Shown here: in pieces, positions 1 through 13,024 of the stretch | How the letters are laid out: each line of letters begins with the position of its first letter | Position numbering within the stretch: position 1 is the first letter of the stretch | From: Podarcis bocagei | Taxonomy: Eukaryota | Reading direction: 5' to 3' (one strand) | Assembly (NCBI GenBank): GCA_964188305.1 | Contig: OZ076890.1 | Length of the DNA: 64,000 bases | Position numbers and translations under genes: made by a program | The notes under the pieces: model-generated | What the model was told of the DNA's origin: nothing | The model's database searches: none | What the model saw: the letters and a program-made list of their open reading frames with translations, nothing else

Positions 1-571
1 AGAGAGGATATCTGAGTTAAAAAAATTAGGTCATGAGATTCCAGGAGTAACCTATTATTAGCACATACATTTAACAAAAATGTTCTGAAAATTCCACTTG
101 CAAGTTGCAACTTGGGGAGTCCTGGTGGTGCACCAGATGATATCCTTCATAGTTTAGAGTACCAGAAGCGTTTTCAATATAAAGACATTTTACAGCCCCC
201 TCACCATCTTTTTTGCACAGACCCTAAATGGTTGATGGGTTGTAAAGTGTACAATTAAGCGTGCAGCTTCAGTTATTTGCAGGTACTAGTGGGCATCATT
301 TTACCTGTCATATTTCTTAGGGGCCATAACTTTCCCACAGGTCCTAATGAGGAAACATCTTTAGTATTAGTATTTAACAGTACAACTTGCCCTTACAGCT
401 ATGCTCCCATGCACTGACTTTACAATATTTTAGCTGTTATGGGGAGATATTTGTGTTTAGTAGTGTAGTGTTCTGTGCACTTAACCTGAGGAAAAAAACA
501 TAACAGATTGAACATAGTGGGACTAATTTCCAAATAAGCATGCAGAGGAGTACACTGCTATTACCATAATG

Positions 572-690
572 CAAGGATGGGGAGAACCTACTGTTTTTCA
601 GATATTGTTAGACTCCCATCAGCCCCAGCCCCAAAAGGCCAATGATGGGAGTCCAACTTCATCTGGAAGGTCTCAACTCAGCCAACCCTG
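572..690. mobile_element. Short degenerate non-autonomous DNA element (hAT-like MITE)
   Basis: CAGGGNTGGGGAACC-like ends and a CTCCCATCAGCCCCAGCC...GATGGGAG core. Related copies at ~5126-5233, ~7679-7826 and ~42351-42489. Confidence 0.5.
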
Positions 691-1507
691 CAGTAACAGG
701 GTTACATATTTAGCAATGATCTTTAAAGTTAGATCTAAAGTTGCCCAATTTATTCAATGGTGACTAGCTAGTCTTTTATGTATTGTATGTGTATGGATTA
801 ATGTATTTGGATGACTTTGTACGATTTTATTGTTTAAGCTTATGCCAATAAAGGCTAATAACAATAGCAACATAAAACTCTTGATTCGTTAAGAAGCTCT
901 ATAGTATTTTTGGCTTTTTGCCAATTCTAATCTACAGTGTTATTAGGTAGGAGTAGACTCTATTGTCATGTGGTTTGAGCTAATCAGTATGTGCTTTCAA
1001 AAATTAAGCAATTGTTGACAATGAATTACAGTAAGAAAAGGGCTTTGGCTTAGCCCACCACCACCATGTAGAACCTCGGTGACATAAGCTACTTACTTAA
1101 CTATGTCCAGATAATATGGAATAAGATACATTTGACTACTTACTTGTGGTGACAGGTTGTCAAGACTCTTAAACAACATCTTCGCAGAGGCTACTTGACA
1201 GTGCATCCCAACAGGGCAGAGTAACCTAATTTCTGAGTAAGTAAGCACCAACCTTTGGTTTTGACTTTGTAGCTAAATATACTGTGAGTTTGGCGCAGTG
1301 GTGATTGCAGAAGAATTCTGAGTACATTTTGCTGCAGATAGTTTGGCTCATGAGAGGTTCAGTCACTGGTTTGCACACAGCCTTCAGACTCTCCAGGTAC
1401 CTTCCCGATACCAAACTTTAATAATTTCAGGGCACTTACCACACACCCAATCATGTTATGTTACACTGAATGAGACCATGCCTATATCTGATTTCTCAAG
1501 GGATATA

Positions 1508-1758
1508 CAGTGGAACCTTGGTTCCTGAACTTAATCCATTCCGAGAGTCTGTTCGATTCCCGAAACAGTTCGGGAACCAAGGAGTGGCTTCTGATTGGCT
1601 GCAGCAGCTTCCTGCAGCCAATCAGAAGCCGCGGAAGCAGTGCTGGGCGTTCAGCTTCCAAAGAACATTCAAAAACCGGAACAACTGCTTCTGGTTTTTG
1701 TTCATCCAGGAGCTGGAACATTCGGCTCCCAAGGCGTTTGGTTGCTGAGGTTCCACTG
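1508..1758. mobile_element. Tc1/mariner (Tigger/pogo-like) MITE
   Basis: TA|CAGTGGAACCT...AGGTTCCACTG|TA: terminal inverted repeats with TA target duplication. Confidence 0.8.
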
Positions 1759-1901
1759 TAACTGGTTTGAGGAAAGAGAAATTGACCCCAGCAAGTTACA
1801 TTTTTAAAAAATAAGAAAAGCTGTGTAAGCTGCTCAGCATCAGTGAGAATCATATATAACCAGAGTTGATTGCATTCATGTTCTTAAGATTCACAGAACC
1901 A

Positions 1902-2048
1902 GAGGAAGCTATTTATCCATGTAGCCCAGTATTGCCTGTTCTGACTGGCAACAGTTGCTCTGGGGTCTTAGGTTTTCCCCATCACCTGCTACCTGAGCCT
2001 TTTAAGTGGAAATGCCATGGGTGGAACTTTTCTGCCTAAGTAGCACAT
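1902..2048 (-). mobile_element. Degenerate tRNA-derived squamate SINE
   Basis: Reverse-complement similarity to the copies at 7298-7458 and 26929-27120 (shared CCAGTCAG...CAATACTG...GCTTCC tail). Confidence 0.45.
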
Positions 2049-3516
2049 TGTACATGTATGTAATGGTGACTGAAAAGCCCGTTCTAACTAGGTCATGATG
2101 TAGCTGCTGCAGCCACCAACTATTTTCTAAGATGCATCACGTACGTGTATGTAAAAGGAGTTTAAACACGATATTCTACTTTGGAGATAGTGGTCTCCTT
2201 GATTTGGACTCTGTCCATATATACAGTGGCACAATGTGCAAGGTCTACCTGTTTACCAGCCAGTATCTGACTTTAAAGCATGGAAATCCCCAGAAAATTC
2301 CCTTAAGCCAGATTGCCAAAAGTTCCTCCATGCAATGCACATGGGCAAGTCCCATTCTGTAAAAATTTCCTTTCCAGACAAATTATAATCTCGTATATGG
2401 GAACAGTGCCAAGTTGTGGCATTGGCAGCTGAACTAGTGAAGAGTTTATCCACATAAAACCAATAAATTGGGCACTTTCACTTGATTGTGGATATTTAAG
2501 AAGTACAGGATCAGGTGCCACAGTGCAGGAAATTCCTCTATGCAGTGGGACTCTAGAAATCCATCCCTAGTCTAATAAGTATCATTTTCTTAGAATGGAG
2601 CTATTTGCACCATCTTGTGGATGTAATTGTCCACAACAAACCTGTTACGTGTGGACCTTCTTCATGTCTACCATATGCACATGACACACAACCTTGGTGG
2701 GCAACACTCCCTAGATACATGAAGGAACAGAGATGTTGCCCACACATATGTTTAATACGGAAGTGGGGGAATACAGTATACAAACGTAGAGCACATTTAT
2801 GCAACAATGCGTGGAACTGCTTTGACGAGTGCTTGAACTGGATATTAACAAAGGAAAGTGAGCTCACTATTTCCTGTGACATGTTTAACTATTACCTAAC
2901 AGACACAGCAACAAATATTGCTTGCTTCTTCTGTAGAGGAAAGATGCCGATTTGTTGAAAACACATAAAACCTGGGAGTCCTTTCCCAGCAGAGCTGCTG
3001 CTATCTTGAAATGACAGCTGGAACCTCTCCCAAATAGGAGGCTGGGACTTAACTTACTCATGAGTAAGGATAATGACCTGCCACAGAAAATAAGAGGGTG
3101 GAATGCTTATTTAATTGTGGTCAGGGCAGCATGTTTGAAATGGGAATATTAATCGTTAATGGAACTTTATGATCAGCAAACTGATCCCAGCGGTTGCTGA
3201 ACTTGTGGGTGGAAATACAAGAAAGCTAAACAAATCAGAGAAATTTAAAACCATGATGTGACTGAAATCAGCTGGGAAAAGTTTCCTTCAAGGAGAAAAA
3301 AAAATTAAGGAAGTAGTACCACACCAGATACGATTGAGCGAGATGTTGGTTATGGCAGGGTAAAAACAAAATGTACAATAGGAGTCATCTTCTGTTTCCA
3401 CAATAATCAGTCCAACTAATCATGAGACAAGATGATTTACAGCTAACGTACTTGTTAACTTCAGCTAGCCCTGATAAAATAAACCATGGATTCATTCCAA
3501 CAAAATTGTGAGGACA

Positions 3517-3531
3517 TTTATTTCCTTTATT
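3517..3531 (-). terminator. Candidate polyadenylation signals (AATAAA x2) of GATD3
   Basis: TTTATT on + at 3517-3522 and 3526-3531, ~500 nt past the stop codon. Not confirmed. Confidence 0.4.
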
Positions 3532-4022
3532 TATTTTATATTATATAACTTAAAACAAATCCTTTTTATTTTGTGGTTTCTTCAGTAGTTTTCTCCCCCA
3601 GTTTCAGAATTCTTGATTACATGCTCTCAATGTTCAGGTATACATTTTCAGAAGGTAGGAATTTATTTGGAAACATATTTTATGCAATTAGAATAGTCTC
3701 TGAAAAGGCTTGATAAGCGATTGGAAAGATTTGGAGAGGTTATGATGTAATTGCTTTTATTATTCCATTATCAATTCAGATTTGTTAAACAGTGACCATC
3801 TCCAGAATTAGTTGTCAGATACACTGTATGACGATGTGAAGACTGTTGCTGAAATACGGAGGGGATGCATGATTCAACCGGCCTGAGCTGCTTCGTGCTG
3901 AAAATTACACACGCCATTCCAATACAATCGTAAGCATTCTTAGAGGCAACTCCTGTGCTAGGTCGGCGTTATAAGGACCATACTTCCTAAAGTTATTGTC
4001 ACTGATATTATGGGTATCCACT

Positions 4023-7000
4023 TCATTTGCCTGTAAGCTTCAATACATTTTTTACCATGGCTCCAATGCCATCATAAATGTGATGCAATTCTGTTTCACA
4101 CATAAAGGCTGGGGTAGTTACAACCTTGTGGTTTGTGTCCACATGGGCCTCATAGAAGACAGTTAAGGAAAACACAGGGACTAAGCCAAGTGACAGAATA
4201 AACAGGAATATGCCTTTCTGCCTCACAAACCTTTATATAATTATACATAATGACAGCCACCTAAATGTTAGGTGCCTGTCAAGAAACTAACCACACCGTT
4301 AGCAAACACCTAAAGTCAAGGAAGCAATCTCTCAACCTTGTGTGTCACTCTGACCCCACTTAATAACTTGGTAGCTAAGATGGGAGTCCTGCATGCCGTT
4401 TGGGAATCCCTGAGCTTATGATCAACTTCTGCATGGAATTCAACCACAAAGTGGCACTTTCTTATCACTTTTATGTGACTACTCATTTTGTTATTCATGT
4501 CTTGAAAAACATAGATGCAGCCATGCAAAATGTGATGACTAAAAAACAATGTTTTATCATAGTTAAAATTCAAATTTACTTCGTTAGCATTGCGTGACTT
4601 TGCATAACTTCAGGATGAATGACAGAATGATTAAAGGGACAGCAGACTCAGCTCTTTACTGTAAACTTGGTGGCTTCATTCAGGAACAAACCTGGGTGAG
4701 CCATGTGGTACAGTCACAAGGAGATCAGAAACTGCTTACTTTTTAACTAATCACATTATGTCTGACTAGTGTTAATATTAACTAGCCCCGTCCCCAAAGT
4801 CACATGGCTCTTCCTGCCTCCTTCACATTAGGTCATAACTTTCCAAGTGGGATGCGTGCTCCATGCATGGATAGCATAGTTATTTAGAACCCTGACAGCT
4901 TCCAAAATGTTCCTTGTAGCTGTGCCAGGGAACAGTGTATGAGCCTGAGGGTCACTTATTTAACACTAAACCATAATTTAGTATTACATTGGAATGAGGC
5001 CAGTTACATTGCTAGAAAGCTTTTCCTGGGTTTACAAATTTGTTTCGGGAAATAAATAAATAAAATCAAAAGGCTAACACTGTAACTGAGAATGTGATCT
5101 AACATATGTTCAGGAACTATATAGAACAGTGCTGGGCAACTTGTGGATCTCAAGATACTGTTGGGACTCCAAACAGCACCAGCTGGCACAGCCAGTAGTC
5201 TGGGATGATGGGAATTATAGACCAGGACATCTGGTATTCACATTTAAAACAGTCTCTTATGTTAGAATTTAGATAAAAAGTTTAATGGTTTTCCTAAAGC
5301 AAATGTTATCCTACTTCTGAATTGAACATACTAAGGCTGAAGTCCTAACCCTATTTCCTGGGATTAAGCCCCACTAAATTAATTAAGGCTTACTTCTGAG
5401 CAGACATGATTAGTATTGTGCTAGATCATAACTAATTATCAGGGTTTTAGAAAGCCAAGGAAGATGGACATGCAGTTTATCAGCTAATCCAAATATATCA
5501 CAGAATGCTTTCCCGAAAGCTCTTCAATACTGTACAAAAATGTACATCTCTGATGTCTTATCACACTTAACCTCCTAAACCCATATACACTTAAGGAGAA
5601 AGAAAACCCTGTTATTGGTTTCAGTGCAACTTGCTTCCAAACATGTGGCTCTTTGGGAGTAGCAGGGTGTGTGGGGAGGGGAGAGGAAGAAACACTTAAA
5701 TTCAGCCTTCATCCAGCAAAAAAGGATATTGTTACTTCTTTAATATGGTGTTTTCCACCCAGTGCTTTAATGGCCCCAGCAGTTCCAGCGTAAGGCCACT
5801 TACCACCTTCTTCTTCTTCATGTCCCACAGTGACTTCAGTACCAGGAAGAACCTTTGCAGCCAAAACGGGTGAAATGCAGCACAGACTGAAAAAAAAGGT
5901 GGACAGAAAACCTTCACTTAGGTTCCTCCATTGAGGATTTACTGTATTTACACCTCCCTGTTCCTTTGCTTATAAAGATTTGGCACACCCTCAAAAATAA
6001 AAAAGTTACTAAACTGAGTAAAAGCCTTATTAACCATTACACAGCAATGGAAATTTCAGTCCAACAGAACCAGGAAAAGAAGGCAAGGGTGGAAAGTAAT
6101 CTCAACAAAATCCTAAAAGGAATAAGGTAACTTTAGACTTCTAAAATGCAGCTTTTTTTTTTTGCTTTTTTTTAAAAGTAACAGCCCTTGGGAGAGGCAA
6201 AATAGTCCAGGGACAGGATTGCTGAACATTTTCACCTCTCAAAATTATGCCTTCTCCCGCTGTTTCCTCACACACAGCTGATAATGGGGAGGACACTCTT
6301 GAGTGGAAAAACACCCAGAGGAGAAAGTGTTAGGCAGTTCCATCCCATGACGCTTTTCTGTTCCTTGTGGCAGCTGCCCAAAATGCTTCTCCATAAGAAA
6401 AGGAAAGAAAACACACACACACAGAAATCATTAGAAATTCTATGCTGGCTGTTCCTGTTCTGTAAGAGAGGTGGAAGATAAAATCTGGGTGCTGGGAAAG
6501 CTCATAGGGGGCCTTAAACAGGAAAAGTTGTGGGCTGTTAGCAGGACAAAAAACAGAAGCAAAAGTGACAAGGAGTGTGAAAGATCAGAAACACAGTTTG
6601 AAGAAGGTCTGGAGGCAGAAGGAAGGAGGACAGGGAGGCAGGAAGAAGGTGAGAACAGGGACCTCAAACAAAAGTGTGTTGCTACAATGTCTGAAGGAAA
6701 GAAGAGGTAGAGAGACACTGGACTGGGGAGCATTGGTGTGCTGTACAGGTACAGAAACTAGCACACCTTTTGAGCCGTGTCCTGCTTGTGAGATTTCCAA
6801 ATGCTGCCACTGTAGGAAATGGGATGCCCGGCCCATCAGGGCTCCTCTTTCGGCTGATCAACTGAATAGGCCCTGCCCAACTTGTGATCCATTAGGCCGA
6901 AAGCAGCTAACCATCACCTACTGTGTGGACTGCCAATGCTTGACAACCTCGTTGTGCCAGGCAGCCAAAACATTTGTGGCTGGTGGGCTGAAGGCAGGTC

Positions 7001-10000
7001 GGTAGTGTTCCATACAATATGAACAAATGCTCCCATCTTATAACTTACACACCCAATGGGTTTCCCAGCTTTGTTGAAATCCTTTAGCACACGTTCAACT
7101 TCTCCATTCACTTTACAGTCTTTTCCATCCACTGCAAACGTAGACCTTAACACAAGAATGAAAGACCCATAAATTGTAATTTTACATTTCCAGAGGTACA
7201 CCACGCTTAAAATAAGTAAAAGGCCCTTCCCTGTCTCTTGAAATACAATTTAAACTACTCAAAGAAAGAAAGCAATCCCCACTGCCTTTCAACTTCTGCC
7301 CTAGCTCACTGGTAGAACATCATAGTCACAAGCAGAAAGCCGCAGGTGCAATCCCCAGCATCTCTAGATAAGGCTAGGAATATCTCCATTCTTAAATTCT
7401 GGAGGTCTGCTACGAGTCAGTGTGGACAATGCTCTGACTCAATATAAGGCAGCCTCCAAGATTCTACCCTTAAACCCCACCTAAAAAATAGGGCTGTGAG
7501 GCAGGAATTATTTATTCATAAAAGCAATTAATATCCTCTGCCTTATTGCAATACAGAAGCCAAGACACTCCTCTGCTTCAATACTGAGGAAAGAGGGCAA
7601 TAAATATGGCCACTCCCTCCTCAGGAACACTAGATACAAGCTATATTTTTTGGTAACTGTTTTAGTGTTGGTGTAAACCAGAGGTGGCTAACCTATGGCC
7701 CCTGGAGTGCTATTCAACTCCAGCTCCTATCAGCCCCAGCCAGCATGGTCAATAGTGAGGTATGATGGGAGCTGTAGTCCAGCAATATCGGGGGGGGGGG
7801 GGAGGAGACAAAGGTTTGCCACCTTGGTATACATGCACAGCCATCATATGAAGGTTGTTTAAATCACCTGTCCTGCCGATCCATTTGCGTGCCGTGACTC
7901 TCAGAGCTGACTGGGCAATTAAGTAAACACAAACTTCTTTCTATGGGTGTACATAATGGCCCACCACAGAGCAGTTTGAAATTTGGTTCTCAGATTTGTG
8001 CTGGTCAATTTCTTTGGCAGATGAGCAGCTGGATAACAGCCAAGAGAAGGAAGCACTCCTTCCTTCAGATTTTATGTAGTTCCCTCCCTGGTTGCTCCTC
8101 TGAGTCTTTTATAATCATTTTGCTCCAAGGTTCCAATCATAGTCACAGAGCAAGTGGCAAAGTTTTTGAATACAGCTATCCTTATTGGACCTCTTTAAGA
8201 TTGCCTGATAGTTTAGTATTTTAAGTCTGCGTTTTTCATCTGTATCAACATGTATTTTTATTAATTTTATCAAGTGTAATTTTCAATTGTTAAAAAATAT
8301 TTTAATAGTCTATTGACTGCTAGTAAAGAAAGCCACCCCCACTCAGTGGGTGAGTTTATATACGTGGGGGGGGGGGAGTTGAATTGCTTAAATGCAAAAC
8401 AGATGCAAAGATAAAGCACTAACAAAAATTCCCAAGGCAAAAGTTATACAAGGCATCAGTACTGTTTCTGTAATACATGAGAACCATTCTAGCACCGATG
8501 CTGCCAAGCCAGCTTGAAAACATATTCCTCTCAAGCAGCAATAATGCAATAAAGCTTCCTTGTTTATTTTCTTATTCCATTAGTGATCCACAGACTCAGC
8601 CTTAAAAGACCTCTTTAAAATATTTCGACTCCCCCCAAGGGAAAACAGGCATGCAAATAAGTAACAGATTGCTTCAGTCTTCAACAACTGCCTGCAGCTG
8701 CAATCCTTCATGCAATTCCACTGATTTCAGTGGCCCTTAAACATAAATTGCAGCATGCCAAGAAAACACCACCAGGAAGAATAATTATTACTTCTTAATA
8801 ATTATTGTACTTATACCATACTGTATACGTTGTACGTTTAACATAGTTATCTGAGTGGCTCACAAATATAAAATGGCACATTAAAATAGTTTATAATTTT
8901 ATCTTTAATAGTTTCAGCATCAAGATTTCCATACAATGTGGCATAAAACGTAAGGCATTTTTAAAAATAAAACTTTTGATTCTGTTTTTCAACATTAGAC
9001 TGGGGCTTGATTTGGCTGTAAAAATGGTATATGTATTTTTCTGGGGCATCAACAAACACACAACAATGAAAATATTTGTCCTTATGAAACAAGAAGCCTG
9101 AACGAACGCATCTGGAAAATTGTATTTCTTAATGAACTATAACTTTCCTACAGCATCTCTTAAGAGTGGCTAATTATCTGGAATTTAACAATTGCAATAG
9201 CGTATAAATTCAGAACTCACAGATTTTTGGCCGCGCCGAAGCCTCCAGGAAATATCACAGCATCATGATCCTTTGCAGTAAGTTTAGCCAAATCTGCAAT
9301 TTTACCACGAGCGATCCTTGCCGATTCTGCTAAGACATTTCTTAAAGCAAAGTGGTATAAAGTGAAGAGCAGAAGTTGACTACATAGACATAAAAGGAGC
9401 ACTGCTATTAAAGGACCCCAGGAAGTAACAGCCTGAGATTGATAATTTAAAGTTACTGGACTTATTGGTAAAGTATTTAATAAAGTACAGTTATACTCAA
9501 ATGGTTTGAGGGCAATATACAGAACTGTGATCCGAATACTGGGAACACTATTTACATATAACTCTGGGTGGGAGAGACAATCTAGAAAACTGAGGTTTAG
9601 ATGAGACCAATTCAAATAGTGAGGGTAGCCAGCTTCCCACAGAGTATCCATAGATGTATGTGTATATGTGTGCACTGGATAAATATAAATCTAGATATAT
9701 TCATGTAGCTTGTCTTAAAATATGTTCTTACCTTGATTCACCCTCAGCTGGCTGTCCTTTGCTATGATCGATAACATGCATCTGAGAAATATCTGGGGCA
9801 TACATCTGAACACTGGCTCCTTCACGGCTCAAATGGACCAATATCCTACAAAATACATAGATATAGAAGATGAAGTAGCAAAATAAGCACAACATTAAAC
9901 TGAAATTTACTTCATATCTTGGTAGAAACTATGGGGGGGGGGATAGGGTATGACGCTCCAAAATACTCAAGGAGAAGCTATCTAACAAAGAAATACTGCC

Positions 10001-11516
10001 TACATAATTGGACTGTTTATCAATCAATTCAACTGTTGATCATTTGGAGACCCAATGATTACACAAATACACTTACGCTGAGGCTTCATGGATTTCAGTA
10101 CCATCATAAACACCACATCCTGATAAGACCTGCAAAAAGAAAATCAGCCTAGTGATTTCAACATCACATTTATTTTCCCAGTTCACATACACAGAGGCAA
10201 CAGTAGTTTCTTGTCCAACTCAGTTCATTATTTCCAGAGTGACTCTGTTCGTATGCTTTCCTTACTGCAGCATAAACTTTCATGGATGAAGCGTTACTCT
10301 TGAAGGTCCCACATAAGAACACTTTGTTTCTATAGACTGTCTAAACTCCCAGGGAACAATAGTAAATTGTATTAAGATTCCCTTCTCCAAACCTCTTTCC
10401 CCCCCTCAAAGTCAGTCACCGACTAGGGCACAGAGGTTTTGTTAACGCTCAACTGTCTGCAACGTTCTCCAAATTCCCCCATAGGTGCCAAATGCTTCAC
10501 TCGGGACCCTTACATGAAACCATAACAGAAGTCTGAACTGTTACTCTCCACTCCACTTTTCACTGCAGCTGTAGTAAGTCTTTATGAGCCTGGATATGGT
10601 TTTTATGAGCCTGGATATTGTTATATATTTCAGCATGAACACGGAATGGAAGGGCGCGTGCGCTATAAAATATAACTACCGTATAAACAAGTGTATCTGA
10701 AGAAGTGTGCATGCACACGAAAGCTCATACCAAGAACTAACTTAGTTGGTCTTTAAGGTGCTACTGGAAGGAATTTTTTTATTTTGACTATGGCAGACCA
10801 ACACGGCTACCTATCTACTACGTATAAACAAAGAAAGCCAATACTATACAGTACTGATCTGCGGCCGCAATTCTCGACACTACTGAACCCAGCGAAACTT
10901 GCTTCTGAGCTGTAATAATTTGACGTGTAGGGGATTGAGCAGATTTACGATAAGAGCCAAAGAAAGGCAGCAGAAAGGAAGAGAAACCAAACGAGGTATC
11001 TGTTTGGGGGCAATGCCAGCATTCCTGAAGGGCGCGAGTGAAGGGCTGCAGTTCTCGGAGCTGCAGCTCGACCCCGACCAACTGCCTCCCTTCCAAGGAC
11101 GCCAACTTTCCACTCCGCCATCTCTTTTTTCCTTGGCGGCCTTTCCCCCGTGCAAGGCAGGAGGAGGCAGTGCAGCACGTGCAGCTTTGCCCAGGGCTGC
11201 AGCTGCCGCTCAACCTGCTGCATTTCTGCCTGTGTGCCGCACAGCCGCCGAGGGGGTGGCAGGGAAAGGTGGTAGTAATTTTCCACGAAGCTCTCTCGCC
11301 TGTGGAGGAGCAGAAGCAGCGGCCGCCGCCCCTTAGGGCGCAACGGGAAAGAAGGCGCTCATCCGCTCACGCTCGGCTGGCAGCCGGACTCACCACAGCG
11401 ACTCTGGCCCCGCGGAGACGCTGCGCCGAGCAATGAAACCCCGCGGCCGGGAGCCCCCTCAGCACCCGGAGCCACGAGAGGGGCGGCCTACAACCCGCTA
11501 ACCTGGCGGCCAACAT
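4023..11516 (-). CDS. GATD3: Glutamine amidotransferase-like class 1 domain-containing protein 3 (ES1 homolog, C21orf33; DJ-1/PfpI superfamily, mitochondrial); 7 coding exons, ~262 aa
   Basis: Exons (minus strand): 11394-11516 ([41 protein letters not shown], Arg-rich, resembles a targeting peptide), 10077-10129 ([18 protein letters not shown]), 9732-9845, 9221-9340 ([13 protein letters not shown]...[12 protein letters not shown]), 7053-7145 ([12 protein letters not shown]...AGKPIG), 5730-5886 ([11 protein letters not shown]...[10 protein letters not shown]), 4023-4151 (EAHVD...[10 protein letters not shown]...LTGK*). Total 789 nt with consistent phases. Introns 1-5 are GT-AG; intron 6 is U12-type. 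Confidence 0.96.
4152..5729 (-). other. U12-type (minor spliceosome) intron 6 of GATD3, with AT...AT (or AT...AG) ends
   Basis: 5' splice site ATATCCTTT at 5729-5721; branch point TTCCTTAAC at 4170-4162, followed by TGTCTTCTAT|GAG. Confidence 0.88.
7298..7458 (+). mobile_element. tRNA-derived squamate SINE
   Basis: A-box-like TAGCTCACTGGTAGA, B-box-like GGTGCAATCCC, and a ...GTCAGTGTGGACAATGCTCTGACTCAATATAAGGCAGCC tail. Confidence 0.6.
7679..7826. mobile_element. hAT-like MITE
   Basis: CAGAGGTGGCTAACC...GGTTTGCCACCTTG inverted ends; same core as 572-690. Confidence 0.5.
10690..10818 (+). mobile_element. Penelope-like element (PLE) pLTR fragment
   Basis: Hammerhead motif followed by ...TTAGTTGGTCTTTAAGGTGCTACTGG...AGACCAACACGGCTACC. 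The same sequence recurs at 15778-15905 and 30419-30458. Confidence 0.7.
10693..10730 (+). ncRNA. Minimal type-I hammerhead ribozyme motif (PLE-associated)
   Basis: GTAT-CTGAAGA-A-GTGTG(CATG)CACAC-GAAA-GCTC^ATAC: 4-bp stem I, 5-bp stem II, palindromic AGCT in place of stem III. Confidence 0.7.
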
Positions 11517-11820
11517 CCCCGCACTACCTCGCTTCGAAGGGAACGAGCCGCGGAACGAATGGGGAGGGAGTTATATACACGGCCACACCGGAGCGCTTAG
11601 CCCGCTGCACGGGCGTCAATGCGAGCGCGGCATGGGCCCGGGAGGAGCGCAACAGCGCCACCCTCCGGCAAGGAGGCCTGTCGCGCCGCTGACGTTAGAG
11701 GGATGAGCTCGCAAGGAGGGTCTGACTGAGTAGGTCACTGGGCGAACCGGCTCGGGCTGGCAGGCGCGGCCGGCGCTCTGTGTCGGCCAACCAGGCTCAG
11801 GCAACGGAGGGGGCGGCACT
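10860..11820. promoter_or_regulatory. CpG island / promoter of GATD3
   Basis: GC- and CpG-rich stretch spanning exon 1 within an AT-rich background; contains GC boxes and TGACG half-sites. Confidence 0.75.
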
Positions 11821-12494
11821 TTTATACAGTTTAGTTTCCTCATAAATTCCTCATCGTATTTTGCTTTTCTATTTTGAACGCATTTCCCCAAAGCTCCAAC
11901 TTATAAAAAGAACTTGCATACACTCAAACAACGTTGCAAAAGAGCGGGTGGCTTGACAACTCTATCAACTGGACATGCCCAAGCATCAACAAGGCCTGGA
12001 GGAATCTGGGCGACAAAATTTGCAAAGGAACCATGTTTGCAAAACTATTTTACAACAATGTAGTAAAATCAACCACTAAAATGCTGGGTTTTGATTCAGG
12101 CATTGAAAAACATTTCCCTTTAAACCAAATGGCCCCCTTCTGTTAAGGGAGAGGAGGAGTGTGGAAAGATCTGCCCCCCCCCAAAAAAAAAGGGGGGAAA
12201 GGTGGGTATCACATAGTAATCTAAGAAAAATACATTTCAGCAGTGTCTTTCTTGGGAGCAAACAGCCTCAATGGGTACAGGAAACTCAACACCTAATAAC
12301 TCATTTGTTCTTTCATTCAACTGAAGTCCAATTCATATGACCCTTTTAAATGTTGAGATGTGAACAACCGCTCACTAAATCTACACCCATCAGTTGGCAT
12401 TGTTGCTGCATCCTATAGTCAAGGTTAAAGATGTGGTATAAGACCTGTCATAGTGGAATAACTGCACCATCACTTCTCCCAGTTCACCAATCTC

Positions 12495-12600
12495 ACCTGT
12501 TTTCAAGCACGATTCCAAGTGCTGGTGCTGACATTTAACGTGCTATATGGCTTAGGATCCAAGTAGCTAAAGAAACAACTTTGGCCACAATAACCTGCCC
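12495..12600 (+). mobile_element. L2/CR1-group LINE 3' fragment
   Basis: TTCCAAGTGCTGGTGCTGACATTTAACGTGCTATATGGCTTAGGATCC resembles a degenerate L2 'FKVL.LT.KAL.GLGP' region. Confidence 0.4.
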
Positions 12601-13018
12601 AGGAGAAAGGTCTGAAAAACCTACTGAAGTTAAAATATGCAGCTATTTCTATCTGCCGTTTGGTATGACTGTTCTTACTGTATTTTTTCTTTGGAAAAAA
12701 AATGGAATTGTTTCGTGAATGATGGCATAGAGATCAATAAAAATAAAATTCCACACTCCCTACACCTAGCTAAAATCCTAGCAATCAACTAATAACACCA
12801 AAATACCATTTGGAAATAACATTGTTCACTTTATCCTGTGATACACGATTCACATTCAGGCTACAACAGCTGAGCATTTGCTGTTGTTTAACGTAGGAGA
12901 CCACATTATTACATACAACACTTTTCCACATTTGAGTCACAGTAATTTTCTAGTACTTCATAAAAGTAACTGCATGCCTTAATGCACTCCAGACAACCTG
13001 TAAAGCTATGAACATGCC

Positions 13019-13024
13019 TTTATT
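13019..13024 (-). terminator. Candidate polyadenylation signal of PWP2
   Basis: AATAAA on the minus strand ~750 nt past the stop codon. Not confirmed. Confidence 0.3.

Noticed and set aside
1-3500. Additional gene downstream of GATD3 (short ORFs such as 2605-2958)
   Set aside because: No recognisable protein similarity or consistent exon structure; only repeats were identifiable.
10818-11436. Overlapping 91-145 aa ORFs
   Set aside because: By-product of the CpG island in GATD3 intron 1; no recognisable domains.
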